Virus record (IMG/VR): IMGVR_UViG_3300044724_004857
Coordinates: 1 to 34,834 of that record
From: a virus
Taxonomy: Duplodnaviria > Caudoviricetes
Length of the DNA stretch: 34,834 bases
Reading direction: 5' to 3' (one strand)
Part shown: piece by piece, positions 9,948-19,396 of the stretch
Position numbering within the stretch: the first letter of the stretch is position 1
How the letters are laid out: every line of letters begins with the position of its first letter
Translations under genes and position numbers: made by a program
The notes under the pieces: model-generated
The model's database searches: none
What the model was told of the DNA's origin: nothing
Seen by the model: the letters and a program-made list of their open reading frames with translations, nothing else

Positions 9948-10544
9948 ATGGCTATTCAGATTTCGGGAACCACTGTTATTGACAACAGTAGGAATATCAC
10001 TAATTTTGAATCTGTTGCCGGAAATGGTGTTGCAACCCAGGCAGAGGCTGAAGCAGGTACAAATAATGATCAAGTAATGACCCCATTAAGGGTCGCACAA
10101 TCAGTTGCCGCAAATGCATCTAGTGGTGGAGTAGACGACGACATTAACTGGTCAGGTTGTAATGTAGGATGTGCCGTTAGAGGTGGCGGCAATGTATTCT
10201 ACAAAACTGGTGGGATTATTTGGATTGTAGCACCATCAACAGCACAAGTGTATTCGACCTGGCCTATGGGTTTTTGTAATGGTACTAGTGGTACAACTCC
10301 AAACCAAGCACAAAGAGTTACTGGTCGTGATGGATGGTTTATTGCTGATAAGTCAATGATGCAAACTGCTGTCAGTTGTCGAACTTATTGGGATACTCAT
10401 AACGAGTATGTATGCTATTGGACTTCCGCTGAGTACAACGATGGCATTGGCTGGGCTGTTAGCAGCCCATTCGCTGGTTTAAACGGTGTTTATAAGGGTT
10501 GTTGTCATTGCGTTCGGCCGATGAGGGTCATATGCTATACATAA
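9948..10544 (+). CDS. DUF1566/CLec-like tail protein, paralog 4
   Basis: Same architecture with a YWTSAE variant motif; GAGGT RBS. Confidence 0.75.
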   Translation: MAIQISGTTVIDNSRNITNFESVAGNGVATQAEAEAGTNNDQVMTPLRVAQSVAANASSGGVDDDINWSGCNVGCAVRGGGNVFYKTGGIIWIVAPSTAQVYSTWPMGFCNGTSGTTPNQAQRVTGRDGWFIADKSMMQTAVSCRTYWDTHNEYVCYWTSAEYNDGIGWAVSSPFAGLNGVYKGCCHCVRPMRVICYT

Positions 10545-10584
10545 ATTTTGTATTTTGATTTTTGTATATTACTGTACAAAATAA

Positions 10585-10592
10585 TATAAATA
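10585..10592 (+). promoter_or_regulatory. T4-type late promoter TATAAATA heading the modification-enzyme cluster
   Basis: Exact consensus 31 nt upstream of ATG 10624. Confidence 0.65.
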
Positions 10593-10623
10593 TGATAAAA
10601 TATGAAAAACTGAATCAATTAAT

Positions 10624-11250
10624 ATGAACTTGATAAGCATTTATTCAACTCCAATTTGGCAAACAGAATATCCAGAATTTGAAGAAAATAAGACACAATT
10701 TATTCAAGCAATAAGAGACTTAAAAGAAAAAGATCCAGAAGGAGTGAACAAATCAAATCTTTTTGGATATCAATCTTATGAAAGAATTCATGAGGAAGAA
10801 TCTAGAATTCACCCACTTCTTCATTATATTGGAGAACTGGCAGTTAAGGGAGCAGAAGATCTTGGATTTATCTCTGTTGATGTTGCAATCACATCTGTAT
10901 GGTTTAATATTAATGATAGTCGTCAGTGTATGAATGCAGAACATACTCATGGAGATACATTCTCTGGAGTATTTTATCTTAAGGCACCAGAAGGTAGTGG
11001 AAAGTTAGTTCTACAAAATCCAGGTATTAATAGATTGTGGCAAGGACTTTCTTTGGTTGAAAAGAAAAATCAATTTACTGGAGAAAAGATTTGTATTACT
11101 CCAGTAGAAGGTAATATTGTAATGTTCCCTTCATATCTTCCACATTGGGTAGAACCTAATGATCATGACGATGAAAGGATTTCAATTTCTTTCAATGCAA
11201 TTTGTCTTCCTGAAGGTTCATTAGGAGTTCCACATCAAAATGCAGAATAG
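10624..11250 (+). CDS. 2OG-Fe(II) oxygenase (TIGR02466-like)
   Basis: WFNIN...HTH...FSGVFYL...FPSYLPHWVEPN...RISISFN signature. Confidence 0.85.
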   Translation: MNLISIYSTPIWQTEYPEFEENKTQFIQAIRDLKEKDPEGVNKSNLFGYQSYERIHEEESRIHPLLHYIGELAVKGAEDLGFISVDVAITSVWFNINDSRQCMNAEHTHGDTFSGVFYLKAPEGSGKLVLQNPGINRLWQGLSLVEKKNQFTGEKICITPVEGNIVMFPSYLPHWVEPNDHDDERISISFNAICLPEGSLGVPHQNAE

Positions 11251-12049
11251 ACAATATTACTTTATCTCTGGACTTCCAAGATCAGGTTCCACATTACTTT
11301 CTGGAATACTTAAACAAAATCCAGATTTTCATGCAGATATAACGTCACCAATATCAGGAATTATTCAAAGTACAATTAATGGAATTACTGGAAGTGAAAA
11401 TAATCTCAATATAGATGAGCAAAGAAGAAAAGCAATTCTTACTTCAATTTTTGATGGATATTATTCATTCACAGAAACTTCAGTAATTTTTGATACCTCA
11501 AGAGGATGGACTGCAAACACACCTTTACTCAAACAACTGTTTCCATATACTAAAGTTTTATGCTGCGTTCGTGATATTGGATGGATTTTGGATTCCTTTG
11601 AAAGAATTTCTGCCAAAAATCCATTCTATACAAATACATTAATTGCACAAGAATACAATGCAAATGTCTTTTCAAGATGTGATGCAATGATGAGTAAAGA
11701 AGGTGGAATAGTCATGAGTGTCTGGGCACTACTTCATGAAGGTTATGCAATGAATCCGAATATGATTAAGTTGATTGAATATGAGGACTTGTGTAAGACT
11801 CCAGAGAAAACTATAAGATCAATTTACAAATTCATTGATAAACCTTATTATGAACATGACTTTAATAATGTAGAATATTCAAATGAAAACTTTGATCTAT
11901 CATGTAATATTAAGGATCTACATACAGTAAGAAGAAAAGTAGAGTGGATTGAGAGAAAATCTATTTTACCTCAAGATGTTTGGGAAAAGTATTCTGATAT
12001 GGAATTCTGGAGACAAACAAACAAAAAACCTACATTAGATTATAACTGA
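11240..12049 (+). CDS. Sulfotransferase family protein
   Basis: N-terminal PAPS-binding motif FISGLPRSGSTLL; VRD...S and YEDL motifs. Confidence 0.85.
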   Translation: MQNRQYYFISGLPRSGSTLLSGILKQNPDFHADITSPISGIIQSTINGITGSENNLNIDEQRRKAILTSIFDGYYSFTETSVIFDTSRGWTANTPLLKQLFPYTKVLCCVRDIGWILDSFERISAKNPFYTNTLIAQEYNANVFSRCDAMMSKEGGIVMSVWALLHEGYAMNPNMIKLIEYEDLCKTPEKTIRSIYKFIDKPYYEHDFNNVEYSNENFDLSCNIKDLHTVRRKVEWIERKSILPQDVWEKYSDMEFWRQTNKKPTLDYN

Positions 12050-12050
12050 C

Positions 12051-13763
12051 ATGAACATTTTAGGACTTTATGGTGGATTTGATTGGGAAGCAAATAAATC
12101 CTTTGATGAACATCAAGATCTAACATGGACTCATGATGCAGGAGCAACACTAATTTCTAATGGAAATCACGTTACAAGTATTTCACAAGAAAGACTTACC
12201 AGAATTAAATACGATGGAAACTTTCCACAGAATTCAGTAGATTATTGTTTATCTGCAGGAAATCTTTCTTATGAAGATATTGATTTGGTTTGTGTTCCTT
12301 CAATGTGTCTTACTATTTGGTATAAACAATATTATGAAGGAAATATTCATACCAAATTAAATACATTATTTCCTAATGCAAAAATTAAATTTGTTTCTCA
12401 TCATTTAAGTCATGCAGCATCTGCAGTATTTTCATCAAATTTCAATGAGGGTTCATTTTTAGTTCTTGATGGTGCTGGTTCACTTTTATATGATTATAGT
12501 TATCGAGATGTACAACATGTTGAGACCAATTCAATAGGATATTTTAATAAAGAAAAAGGTATCTTTAGATTTTTTCCAGGTCTTCCAAATGTAAATGAAT
12601 TTGGTGAGTACTATCACTCATTGTCCCATAAAATCTATTGTGAAAAAATACAAAGACAAATTAATGGTTATGATGAAAAATATAGAGAATCTTGGGATGG
12701 TAAAATCATGGGACTTTCTGCATATGGAAGTCATCTAAAATTCACAGAAGATCTCAAAGACTATCAACTCTCAAAAGAGCTTACTTATGAAGATTTACCA
12801 TATGTAACTTTTAACAGTAGACTCTATAAAGAAAATCACACATTTAAGAATGCTGACGAAAAAGCATATATTCTCCAAAGAAATTTTGAATGTGCTTTGA
12901 TTGATTATGTAACCGAACTGAAAGAGAAATCTTATCTTGATGATTATATTTGTCTTGCTGGAGGTTCATTTTTAAATGTTCTTGGAAATAGTCTTTTAAA
13001 GCAAAGTGGTTTATTTGAAGACATTCATGTTCCACCGTATCCTAATGATGTAGGATTGCATTTTGGTGCTGCTTGTTTTGGCGCATTTCAAAATAAAGAA
13101 GAAATCAATCTTCCAAACAACATTGCACTTCTTGGTAAAGAATATACACAAGACACTATTGAACAACAATTAATGGCATGTGATACGAAATACAAGAAGT
13201 ATGAGAACTTTGAAGAACTTTGTGAATTTGCTGCACAAGAACTTAATAAAAATAAAATTATTGGCTGGTTTCAGAATAGAAGTGAATTTGGCCCAAGAGC
13301 ATTAGGTTCTAGGTCACTTCTCATGCATCCTGGTCCAGCAAAAAATAAGGACATCATGAACTCTAGAGTGAAACATAGAGAATATTGGAGACCTTTTGCT
13401 GGTATTGTTCTTGAAGAACACCTTAATGATTACTTTGAAGAAGATTTCTGTTCCCCCTATATGTTGTATTCACTTACAGTAAAAGAAGAAAAGAGAGGTG
13501 AGATTGGTGCTATTACTCATGTAGACAATACCTGTAGAATTCAAACAGTCACTAAAGAACTTCAACCAGAAGTTACTACATTGATTCAAAAGTTCAAAGA
13601 AGTTTCTGGTATTCCTGTAGTTCTTAACACTTCATTTAATGATAACGGAGAACCTATCGTAGAAACACCAGAAGATGCAATTAACGCATTCAATAATCTT
13701 GATATTGATTATCTAGTGATTGGTAATTATGTTGTTAAGAAAAGTGAGATGATTTATTCATGA
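12051..13763 (+). CDS. Carbamoyltransferase (NodU/CmcH/TobZ family)
   Basis: HDAGA, ERLTRIK, HHLSHA, DGAG, GKIMGLSAYG, EFGPRALGSRS, KHREYWRPFA, HVDNTCRIQTV, LNTSFN. Confidence 0.92.
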   Translation: MNILGLYGGFDWEANKSFDEHQDLTWTHDAGATLISNGNHVTSISQERLTRIKYDGNFPQNSVDYCLSAGNLSYEDIDLVCVPSMCLTIWYKQYYEGNIHTKLNTLFPNAKIKFVSHHLSHAASAVFSSNFNEGSFLVLDGAGSLLYDYSYRDVQHVETNSIGYFNKEKGIFRFFPGLPNVNEFGEYYHSLSHKIYCEKIQRQINGYDEKYRESWDGKIMGLSAYGSHLKFTEDLKDYQLSKELTYEDLPYVTFNSRLYKENHTFKNADEKAYILQRNFECALIDYVTELKEKSYLDDYICLAGGSFLNVLGNSLLKQSGLFEDIHVPPYPNDVGLHFGAACFGAFQNKEEINLPNNIALLGKEYTQDTIEQQLMACDTKYKKYENFEELCEFAAQELNKNKIIGWFQNRSEFGPRALGSRSLLMHPGPAKNKDIMNSRVKHREYWRPFAGIVLEEHLNDYFEEDFCSPYMLYSLTVKEEKRGEIGAITHVDNTCRIQTVTKELQPEVTTLIQKFKEVSGIPVVLNTSFNDNGEPIVETPEDAINAFNNLDIDYLVIGNYVVKKSEMIYS

Positions 13764-14548
13764 AACCAATACATGTATTTTTAAGACATTGCTACTACTC
13801 TAAACTTCAAGAACTTCCAACAAGAAACAGACCAGTTTGGTTCAATAAAGAAAAAGTATTTGAAAACTTTAAGAATACAATAGACCCTGAACTTGCAGAT
13901 TATACTATTGTATATGATGAACACTTTGGTCCTGTTGAAGATACTTTTCTTAAAGATGAAAAGAATGTAGAAATTATCAACTGTGGAAAAGAGACTACAA
14001 GTTTCTTAAAGACACTGGATGTTGTTCAATCTAAAAACTTTAATGATGATAAGATTATATATTTTTTAGAAGACGATTATCTACATCGTCCAAACTGGTG
14101 TAGAGTAGTCATAGAAGGATTAAGTATTGACAATCTACCATTTAATATTGATTATGTTTCATTGAGTGATTTTCAATTTCTTTATGGTATTGAGGAGTAT
14201 AATAAACTTCTATACACTAAATCTACACATTGGAAATCTTCAACAGGATCTACAAATACATTTGCAACAAAGTATAAAACATTAAAAGAGGATATGAATG
14301 TTCATCAGTACTTTTCACTAAATCCATATGTGAATATTGAAACAGGAGAAAATGTAGAACAATCATTAGACTTTGATAAATTCCAATCTCTTATGAGTAA
14401 GAAAGATAGAAAACTAATTTCTCCTATTCCTGGTTACTCTACACATTGTCAAACTGGTAAAAGAATAGGTGATCATCTGTCCCCATGTGTCAGGTGGGAA
14501 GACTACCTAAATATTTCCAAATCGAATAATACTTTATTATATTCATGA
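13760..14548 (+). CDS. Glycosyltransferase-like protein (GT-A fold)
   Basis: IIYFLEDDYLH DxD-type motif and SPIPGYSTH; cluster context. Confidence 0.65.
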   Translation: MKPIHVFLRHCYYSKLQELPTRNRPVWFNKEKVFENFKNTIDPELADYTIVYDEHFGPVEDTFLKDEKNVEIINCGKETTSFLKTLDVVQSKNFNDDKIIYFLEDDYLHRPNWCRVVIEGLSIDNLPFNIDYVSLSDFQFLYGIEEYNKLLYTKSTHWKSSTGSTNTFATKYKTLKEDMNVHQYFSLNPYVNIETGENVEQSLDFDKFQSLMSKKDRKLISPIPGYSTHCQTGKRIGDHLSPCVRWEDYLNISKSNNTLLYS

Positions 14549-15528
14549 GTACTGTAATTGTTATCAGTGGTGGAGTTGGAAGGGCAGTAGCAGCAATACC
14601 AGCACTTCTAAAGTATCATAAAAATCATCTAGATGAAGAGTGGTATGTGATGGTTCATGGTTGGGATTTTATGTTCTGGGGATTTCCAGAACTTCAGGAA
14701 AGAACATTTAATCCTGATGATAAGTCGGTGTTTAAAAATTACTTTTGGAATGCTACTAAAGTTCTCGTGCCAGAACCATATTGCCTTCCCGCATACTATA
14801 GGAATGAGATCTCATTAAGAGAAGCATTTGATATTGAAATTAATGGTTCTACTGATGATTTGCCAGAAATGCAGTTGAAGCTTTCTATGACTGAAATTAG
14901 AAGTGGTCATAGAGTCATTGCAGAAGCAAAGAACCAACAAAAGAAAAATAAAACCATAGTAATTCAACCTTATGGAAGTGCGGCACTCATATGTCCATTA
15001 GAAATCTTTGATGATACTCTAAGATCCATTCCACAAAAAATGTATCTGACTCTCGTCAAAAAACTATCAAAAGATTATAATATCATCTATATGGGTGCAA
15101 AGGAGTTTTATGATGGAAAAACATATAAACCAGATCCAGATCCATCATTAAGAGAATGGGCAGGAGTAATTAAAGTCGCAGATTACTTTATTGGATGTGA
15201 TAGTTGTGGTCAACATTTTGCAAAGGCAGTAGGTCAAAATGCCTCTGTAATGGTCGCAGGAACCCATAAGAACAACACCACATATCCTGATACATTTCAT
15301 ATTATTGAGAGGGATCATAAGTTTCATCCAGATGCTATGAGAGTCTCACAAATTCAAGCACAACTTTCTACAAGATTGAATGAGGAAAGGTGTATGTTCA
15401 CTGATGAAGAGATTGAGAGTGCCTATCAAACTATTATTCAAAGAATTGAGGGTAAAAAGAAAGTTGAGATTAATGAGATTGAAGAATGGAAAACCAATTT
15501 GAATCAACAAAACTTACTTTATAACTAA
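14545..15528 (+). CDS. Glycosyltransferase family 9 (heptosyltransferase)-like protein
   Basis: N-terminal GGVGR.V.AIPAL, IVIQPYG and ADYFIGCDSCGQHFAKA (GT9 DS-x3-H-x-A motif). Confidence 0.7.
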   Translation: MSTVIVISGGVGRAVAAIPALLKYHKNHLDEEWYVMVHGWDFMFWGFPELQERTFNPDDKSVFKNYFWNATKVLVPEPYCLPAYYRNEISLREAFDIEINGSTDDLPEMQLKLSMTEIRSGHRVIAEAKNQQKKNKTIVIQPYGSAALICPLEIFDDTLRSIPQKMYLTLVKKLSKDYNIIYMGAKEFYDGKTYKPDPDPSLREWAGVIKVADYFIGCDSCGQHFAKAVGQNASVMVAGTHKNNTTYPDTFHIIERDHKFHPDAMRVSQIQAQLSTRLNEERCMFTDEEIESAYQTIIQRIEGKKKVEINEIEEWKTNLNQQNLLYN

Positions 15529-15530
15529 TC

Positions 15531-17150
15531 ATGAATATTTTATCAATCAACTATGGACTTCATGATTCATCTGCTTGTATTTTAAAAGACGGTAAAGTTG
15601 CAGTTTATTTTAAGGAAGAAAGGTTGAGTGGGATAAAAAGGGACAATAGTCCTAAATTTGCAATAGATAGATGCATAAAAAACTTTAATGAAAAAATAGA
15701 CGATACTCTGGTCATCTCATATCCAAATTCCAAACCATATAGAAAACTGACATCTAAATTCTCAAATACAAACAATAATATAGTTGAATTTAGTTATAAT
15801 CATCATTTATGCCATGCAAGTTTGGCATTTTACAATAGTGGATTTGAAAAATCTGTTGTAGTAGTTGTAGATGGTCAAGGTTCAATTTATGCAGATAATT
15901 TGATAGAATCTGAGACAGTTTATCTTGCTTCTTACCCATATAATTTTGAGTGTCTAATTAAAAACCTGTCAACCAAAAAACAATCTTCTAGTGAAAAGTA
16001 TAAAGATAATATAGTTCCTCATAAAAATTATGAATGCAATATTAATGAAAATGAGGGTGGTATAGTTAATGTTTATAATACTGCATCGAGTTTAATATCT
16101 CAAGGAGTTCTTGAGAATGGAAAAACTATGGGATTAAGTTCTTATGGCTCTAAAACAAGTTATCCAAACTTTTTTAATGAAAGTTCTCAACCAGATTGGA
16201 GTTTATTTACAGACAAAAAACCACATAAAAGATTACTTAAAGGTCATGAAGATGAAGTAACTGAAGAACTTACTGAAGAAAATTATAAGTTTTATGCAGA
16301 CTATGCTTATGAAGTTCAAAAACAAACTCAAGAATCAGTTGGAAATTTGATAGAAAAGGCAATTCAAAAAAGTGGTTGTAAAAATGTTTCTATTGTTGGT
16401 GGTTATGGAATGAATATTGTTGCAAATCATTATTATACTCAAAGATTTCCTGATGTGAATTTTTATTTTGAACCAAATTCAGATGATGGTGGTTTATCTA
16501 TCGGTGCCGCTATGTTTTATTATCATGCACTTACAAAAGATAAAACAATTAGACCATTAAAAACTACAGCATTCCATGGTGTTCCATATGATATTTCCCA
16601 ATATAAAGGAAAAACTACATCAGTAGAAGAAATTGCAAAACTTTTATATCAAGATAAATCTGTTGCAGTTTATACTGGATTTGCAGAAACAGGACAAAGA
16701 GCATTAGGAAATAGATCAATCTTATTCAACGCATTGAATCCAAATGCCAAAGAAATTGTCAATGAAATTAAAAATAGAGAGTGGTATAGACCATTTGCTG
16801 CAATGGTTTTAGAAGAAGATGCAAATATCTATTTTGATATGGGAAGGATTAAATCAAGTCCTTTTATGACTATAAGTTTTCCAGTGAGACCAGAATATGT
16901 TTCAGTAATACCTGGAGTAACACATGTAGATAATACTTGTAGAATACAAACTATTTCAAAAGATAATGGTTATGTTTATGACCTTCTTCATGAGTTTAAA
17001 AAACTAACAGGTTATGGTATAATCTTAAATACGAGTTTCAATCTTGCTGGAGATCCACTAGTGGAAACCCCAGAAGATGCAGTTAAAACATTAAATGATT
17101 GTTCTTTAGATTATTTGTGGTTTGAAGAAACACAACAATTATTCGATTAA
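15531..17150 (+). CDS. Second carbamoyltransferase (NodU/CmcH family)
   Basis: HDSSA, EERLS, HHLCHA, DGQG, GKTMGLSSYG, GQRALGNRS, REWYRPFA, HVDNTCRIQT, LNTSFN. Confidence 0.92.
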   Translation: MNILSINYGLHDSSACILKDGKVAVYFKEERLSGIKRDNSPKFAIDRCIKNFNEKIDDTLVISYPNSKPYRKLTSKFSNTNNNIVEFSYNHHLCHASLAFYNSGFEKSVVVVVDGQGSIYADNLIESETVYLASYPYNFECLIKNLSTKKQSSSEKYKDNIVPHKNYECNINENEGGIVNVYNTASSLISQGVLENGKTMGLSSYGSKTSYPNFFNESSQPDWSLFTDKKPHKRLLKGHEDEVTEELTEENYKFYADYAYEVQKQTQESVGNLIEKAIQKSGCKNVSIVGGYGMNIVANHYYTQRFPDVNFYFEPNSDDGGLSIGAAMFYYHALTKDKTIRPLKTTAFHGVPYDISQYKGKTTSVEEIAKLLYQDKSVAVYTGFAETGQRALGNRSILFNALNPNAKEIVNEIKNREWYRPFAAMVLEEDANIYFDMGRIKSSPFMTISFPVRPEYVSVIPGVTHVDNTCRIQTISKDNGYVYDLLHEFKKLTGYGIILNTSFNLAGDPLVETPEDAVKTLNDCSLDYLWFEETQQLFD

Positions 17151-17794
17151 TGACAATGAGTAGTGAAATTTACAAATATTCAAGTTCTAATTGGATCATA
17201 GAAACTCAATATAATCAACTAGATCTATTAAAAGGTTTTTTGAATTCAAATCAAGGTGTTCATAATAATAAAGGATTAAGCACATCAGGCAATGCGGATC
17301 AACATTGGTTTCTTGGGAGGGGTGCTGATTACTCAAAGAATAAACCTTTTATAAAAATACACAAATCAATATCGAAATTAATATCTAAAGAACTAAATGA
17401 TCATTTTCTTTTAGACACTGATGTATTTTTGAAACCAATGAGTTCTTGGGAAGTTACCGGTACAAAGGGAGGTTTTCATAAAATTCACGATCATCAAGGT
17501 AACTATGGAATTTGTATAGTAATATACACACAAGTTCCAGAAACGATAAATGATGAAAATAGTGAAGGTCATGTTTATTTTGTACTGTCTGCCGATATGG
17601 GATCAAATTTATACTCATCCGATACGAAAGTAGTAAATATTAAACCAGAACTTGGTAAAATGATCATATTTCCTTCTCATATGTTGCACGGAGTTTATCC
17701 ATATCCAGAAGGAAATCGACAATCTTTTAATATGGATTTTATTGTGAGACCTTTAGATCAAATTCAAAATGAAACCTTACTAAATTATGATTAA
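17150..17794 (+). CDS. 2OG-Fe(II) oxygenase-like protein
   Basis: HKIHDH...IFPSHMLHGVYP...RQSFN motifs. Confidence 0.75.
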   Translation: MTMSSEIYKYSSSNWIIETQYNQLDLLKGFLNSNQGVHNNKGLSTSGNADQHWFLGRGADYSKNKPFIKIHKSISKLISKELNDHFLLDTDVFLKPMSSWEVTGTKGGFHKIHDHQGNYGICIVIYTQVPETINDENSEGHVYFVLSADMGSNLYSSDTKVVNIKPELGKMIIFPSHMLHGVYPYPEGNRQSFNMDFIVRPLDQIQNETLLNYD

Positions 17795-18149
17795 AGTTCC
17801 CATTTCAGTTGGAGAATTGTTGGATAAAATCACAATACTCCAAATCAAAGCAGAAAAAACAAATAATCAATTTGTTCACAAAGAACTCAAAGAACTCACA
17901 CAAACTGCAAAATCTACTAATGTATACAATGAGGATTATCTCAATCAATTAAAAGATGTAAACTCCATGTTGTGGGTTGTTGAAGATGAGTTGAGAGAAT
18001 TGGAAAATGAACAAAGATTTGATGATCACTTCATTAAACTCGCAAGGTTGGTTTATACTACCAATGACGAAAGATCTTTCATCAAAAGAGAAATAAATAA
18101 AAGATATAATTCCACTTATCAAGAAGTGAAACTATATTCAAATAAATAA
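17787..18149 (+). CDS. DUF6165-like protein
   Basis: VPISVGELLDKITILQIK...LW.VED..R...ND.R...KREIN signature, recalled from glycosylation-associated loci. Confidence 0.65.
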   Translation: MIKVPISVGELLDKITILQIKAEKTNNQFVHKELKELTQTAKSTNVYNEDYLNQLKDVNSMLWVVEDELRELENEQRFDDHFIKLARLVYTTNDERSFIKREINKRYNSTYQEVKLYSNK

Positions 18150-18170
18150 TCCAACAAGTACATTATAAAA

Positions 18171-18476
18171 ATGACAGTAACAAGATTAGTTCCAGAAGAT
18201 CCGTATAGTCCACCAAATATTCTTGTGGATGATATGAACAACACTCCATATGTTTATCAAAACAGATATTATCCAATAATGCCTCTTCCTTGGTATCCTG
18301 CGGATTCTGGTGATACTAGAGATAGATTTGACTTGAGAGTTCTTCCTGATGCAGAACTTGCAGCACTTGGATGGACTCCGGCACCAGTAGAACCATCCTT
18401 TGATCCAACAACTGAAGTGTGTGAATGGAGTGAAGAAACTGGTAACTGGGTAGTGTCTACAATTCCAGCAGAATAA
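18171..18476 (+). CDS. Hypothetical protein, possibly tail-associated
   Basis: ORF preceded by AATAAATA (18141-18148); ELAALGW...P.FDP...W....W.V motif. Confidence 0.6.
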   Translation: MTVTRLVPEDPYSPPNILVDDMNNTPYVYQNRYYPIMPLPWYPADSGDTRDRFDLRVLPDAELAALGWTPAPVEPSFDPTTEVCEWSEETGNWVVSTIPAE

Positions 18477-18480
18477 TTAG

Positions 18481-18975
18481 ATGACTTTTGAGATTATAGA
18501 TAATGTTCTTACTGAAGATGAATTGATCCCGATCAGGAACATCATATTGAATTCATCATTTTCTTGGAATTTTACTCCAGCGGTATCATCATTAAATGAT
18601 AGTGATGATACTATCATGGGATCTTATTATTTTACTCATACTTTTTATAATAAATTTCATGCTGATGAATTTTGTCCTGTTTTTGCTCCAATCTTAAATA
18701 AGATTGATGTGAAGGCATTGATGAGAGTCAAAGGAAATTTATATACTTCTACAGAAAAACTGATTCACCATAGTAATCATTGTGATTTTCCTTTTGAACA
18801 CCGTGGTGCTATTTTTTATCTGAATACTAATGATGGATTAACTGTTCTTGAAGATGGTACCGAAGTTCAATCCGTAGAGAATAGATTATTACTTTTTGAC
18901 CCATCTAAATCTCATCATAGTACAACTTGTACGGATAGTAAGTGTAGAATAAATGTAAACTTCAATTTCTTTTAA
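18481..18975 (+). CDS. 2OG-Fe(II) oxygenase-like protein
   Basis: IIDNVL...RVKGNL...HCD...AIFYLNTNDG.T...VENRLLLFD...H...R..VNFN. Confidence 0.75.
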   Translation: MTFEIIDNVLTEDELIPIRNIILNSSFSWNFTPAVSSLNDSDDTIMGSYYFTHTFYNKFHADEFCPVFAPILNKIDVKALMRVKGNLYTSTEKLIHHSNHCDFPFEHRGAIFYLNTNDGLTVLEDGTEVQSVENRLLLFDPSKSHHSTTCTDSKCRINVNFNFF

Positions 18976-18979
18976 AAAT

Positions 18980-19315
18980 ATGGAAAAACTGAATAAGAAT
19001 GATATTGTATCTCCAGTCAATTATGATGTGAATGATTTTCCTTTTCTGACTTATGAGCAACTTTTAGTCCTAAGACTTGAAGTTGCAGAAAGACTCACAA
19101 AACAGATGAGTGAAGAGGAAAAGTTTGAATTTGTTAAGGAAAGTACTTACCACAGTCTACCATTACAACATATTGAGATTCAAGGATTATTGATTAGATG
19201 TGGTGCTGGTGATTTACTTGATCAAGTATTGAAAGAAATTCTTGGAGAAGATTACAAACAAACTGCAAAGAAGACTTCTGAGATCAGAAGAGAAAACGGT
19301 GATCCACCACTATAG
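18980..19315 (+). CDS. Hypothetical protein
   Basis: 111-aa ORF tightly packed in the operon. Confidence 0.6.
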   Translation: MEKLNKNDIVSPVNYDVNDFPFLTYEQLLVLRLEVAERLTKQMSEEEKFEFVKESTYHSLPLQHIEIQGLLIRCGAGDLLDQVLKEILGEDYKQTAKKTSEIRRENGDPPL

Positions 19316-19326
19316 TTCCACTTCTT

Positions 19327-19377
19327 AAACTGTCCACCAAATACCCTGCAGGAGTACCCTGTGGGGTATTGTAGTAT
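19327..19377 (+). promoter_or_regulatory. AACTGTCCAC box + stem-loop + -10-like element
   Basis: AAACTGTCCAC, then hairpin AATACCCTGCAGG/CCTGTGGGGTATT, then TAGTAT. Confidence 0.45.
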
Positions 19378-19396
19378 CTGGAGGTACATAGACACT

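Noticed and set aside
8154-10620. Complete DGR (RT, TR, avd)
   Set aside because: No reverse transcriptase and no AAC-rich template repeat found in the window; only target-like genes.
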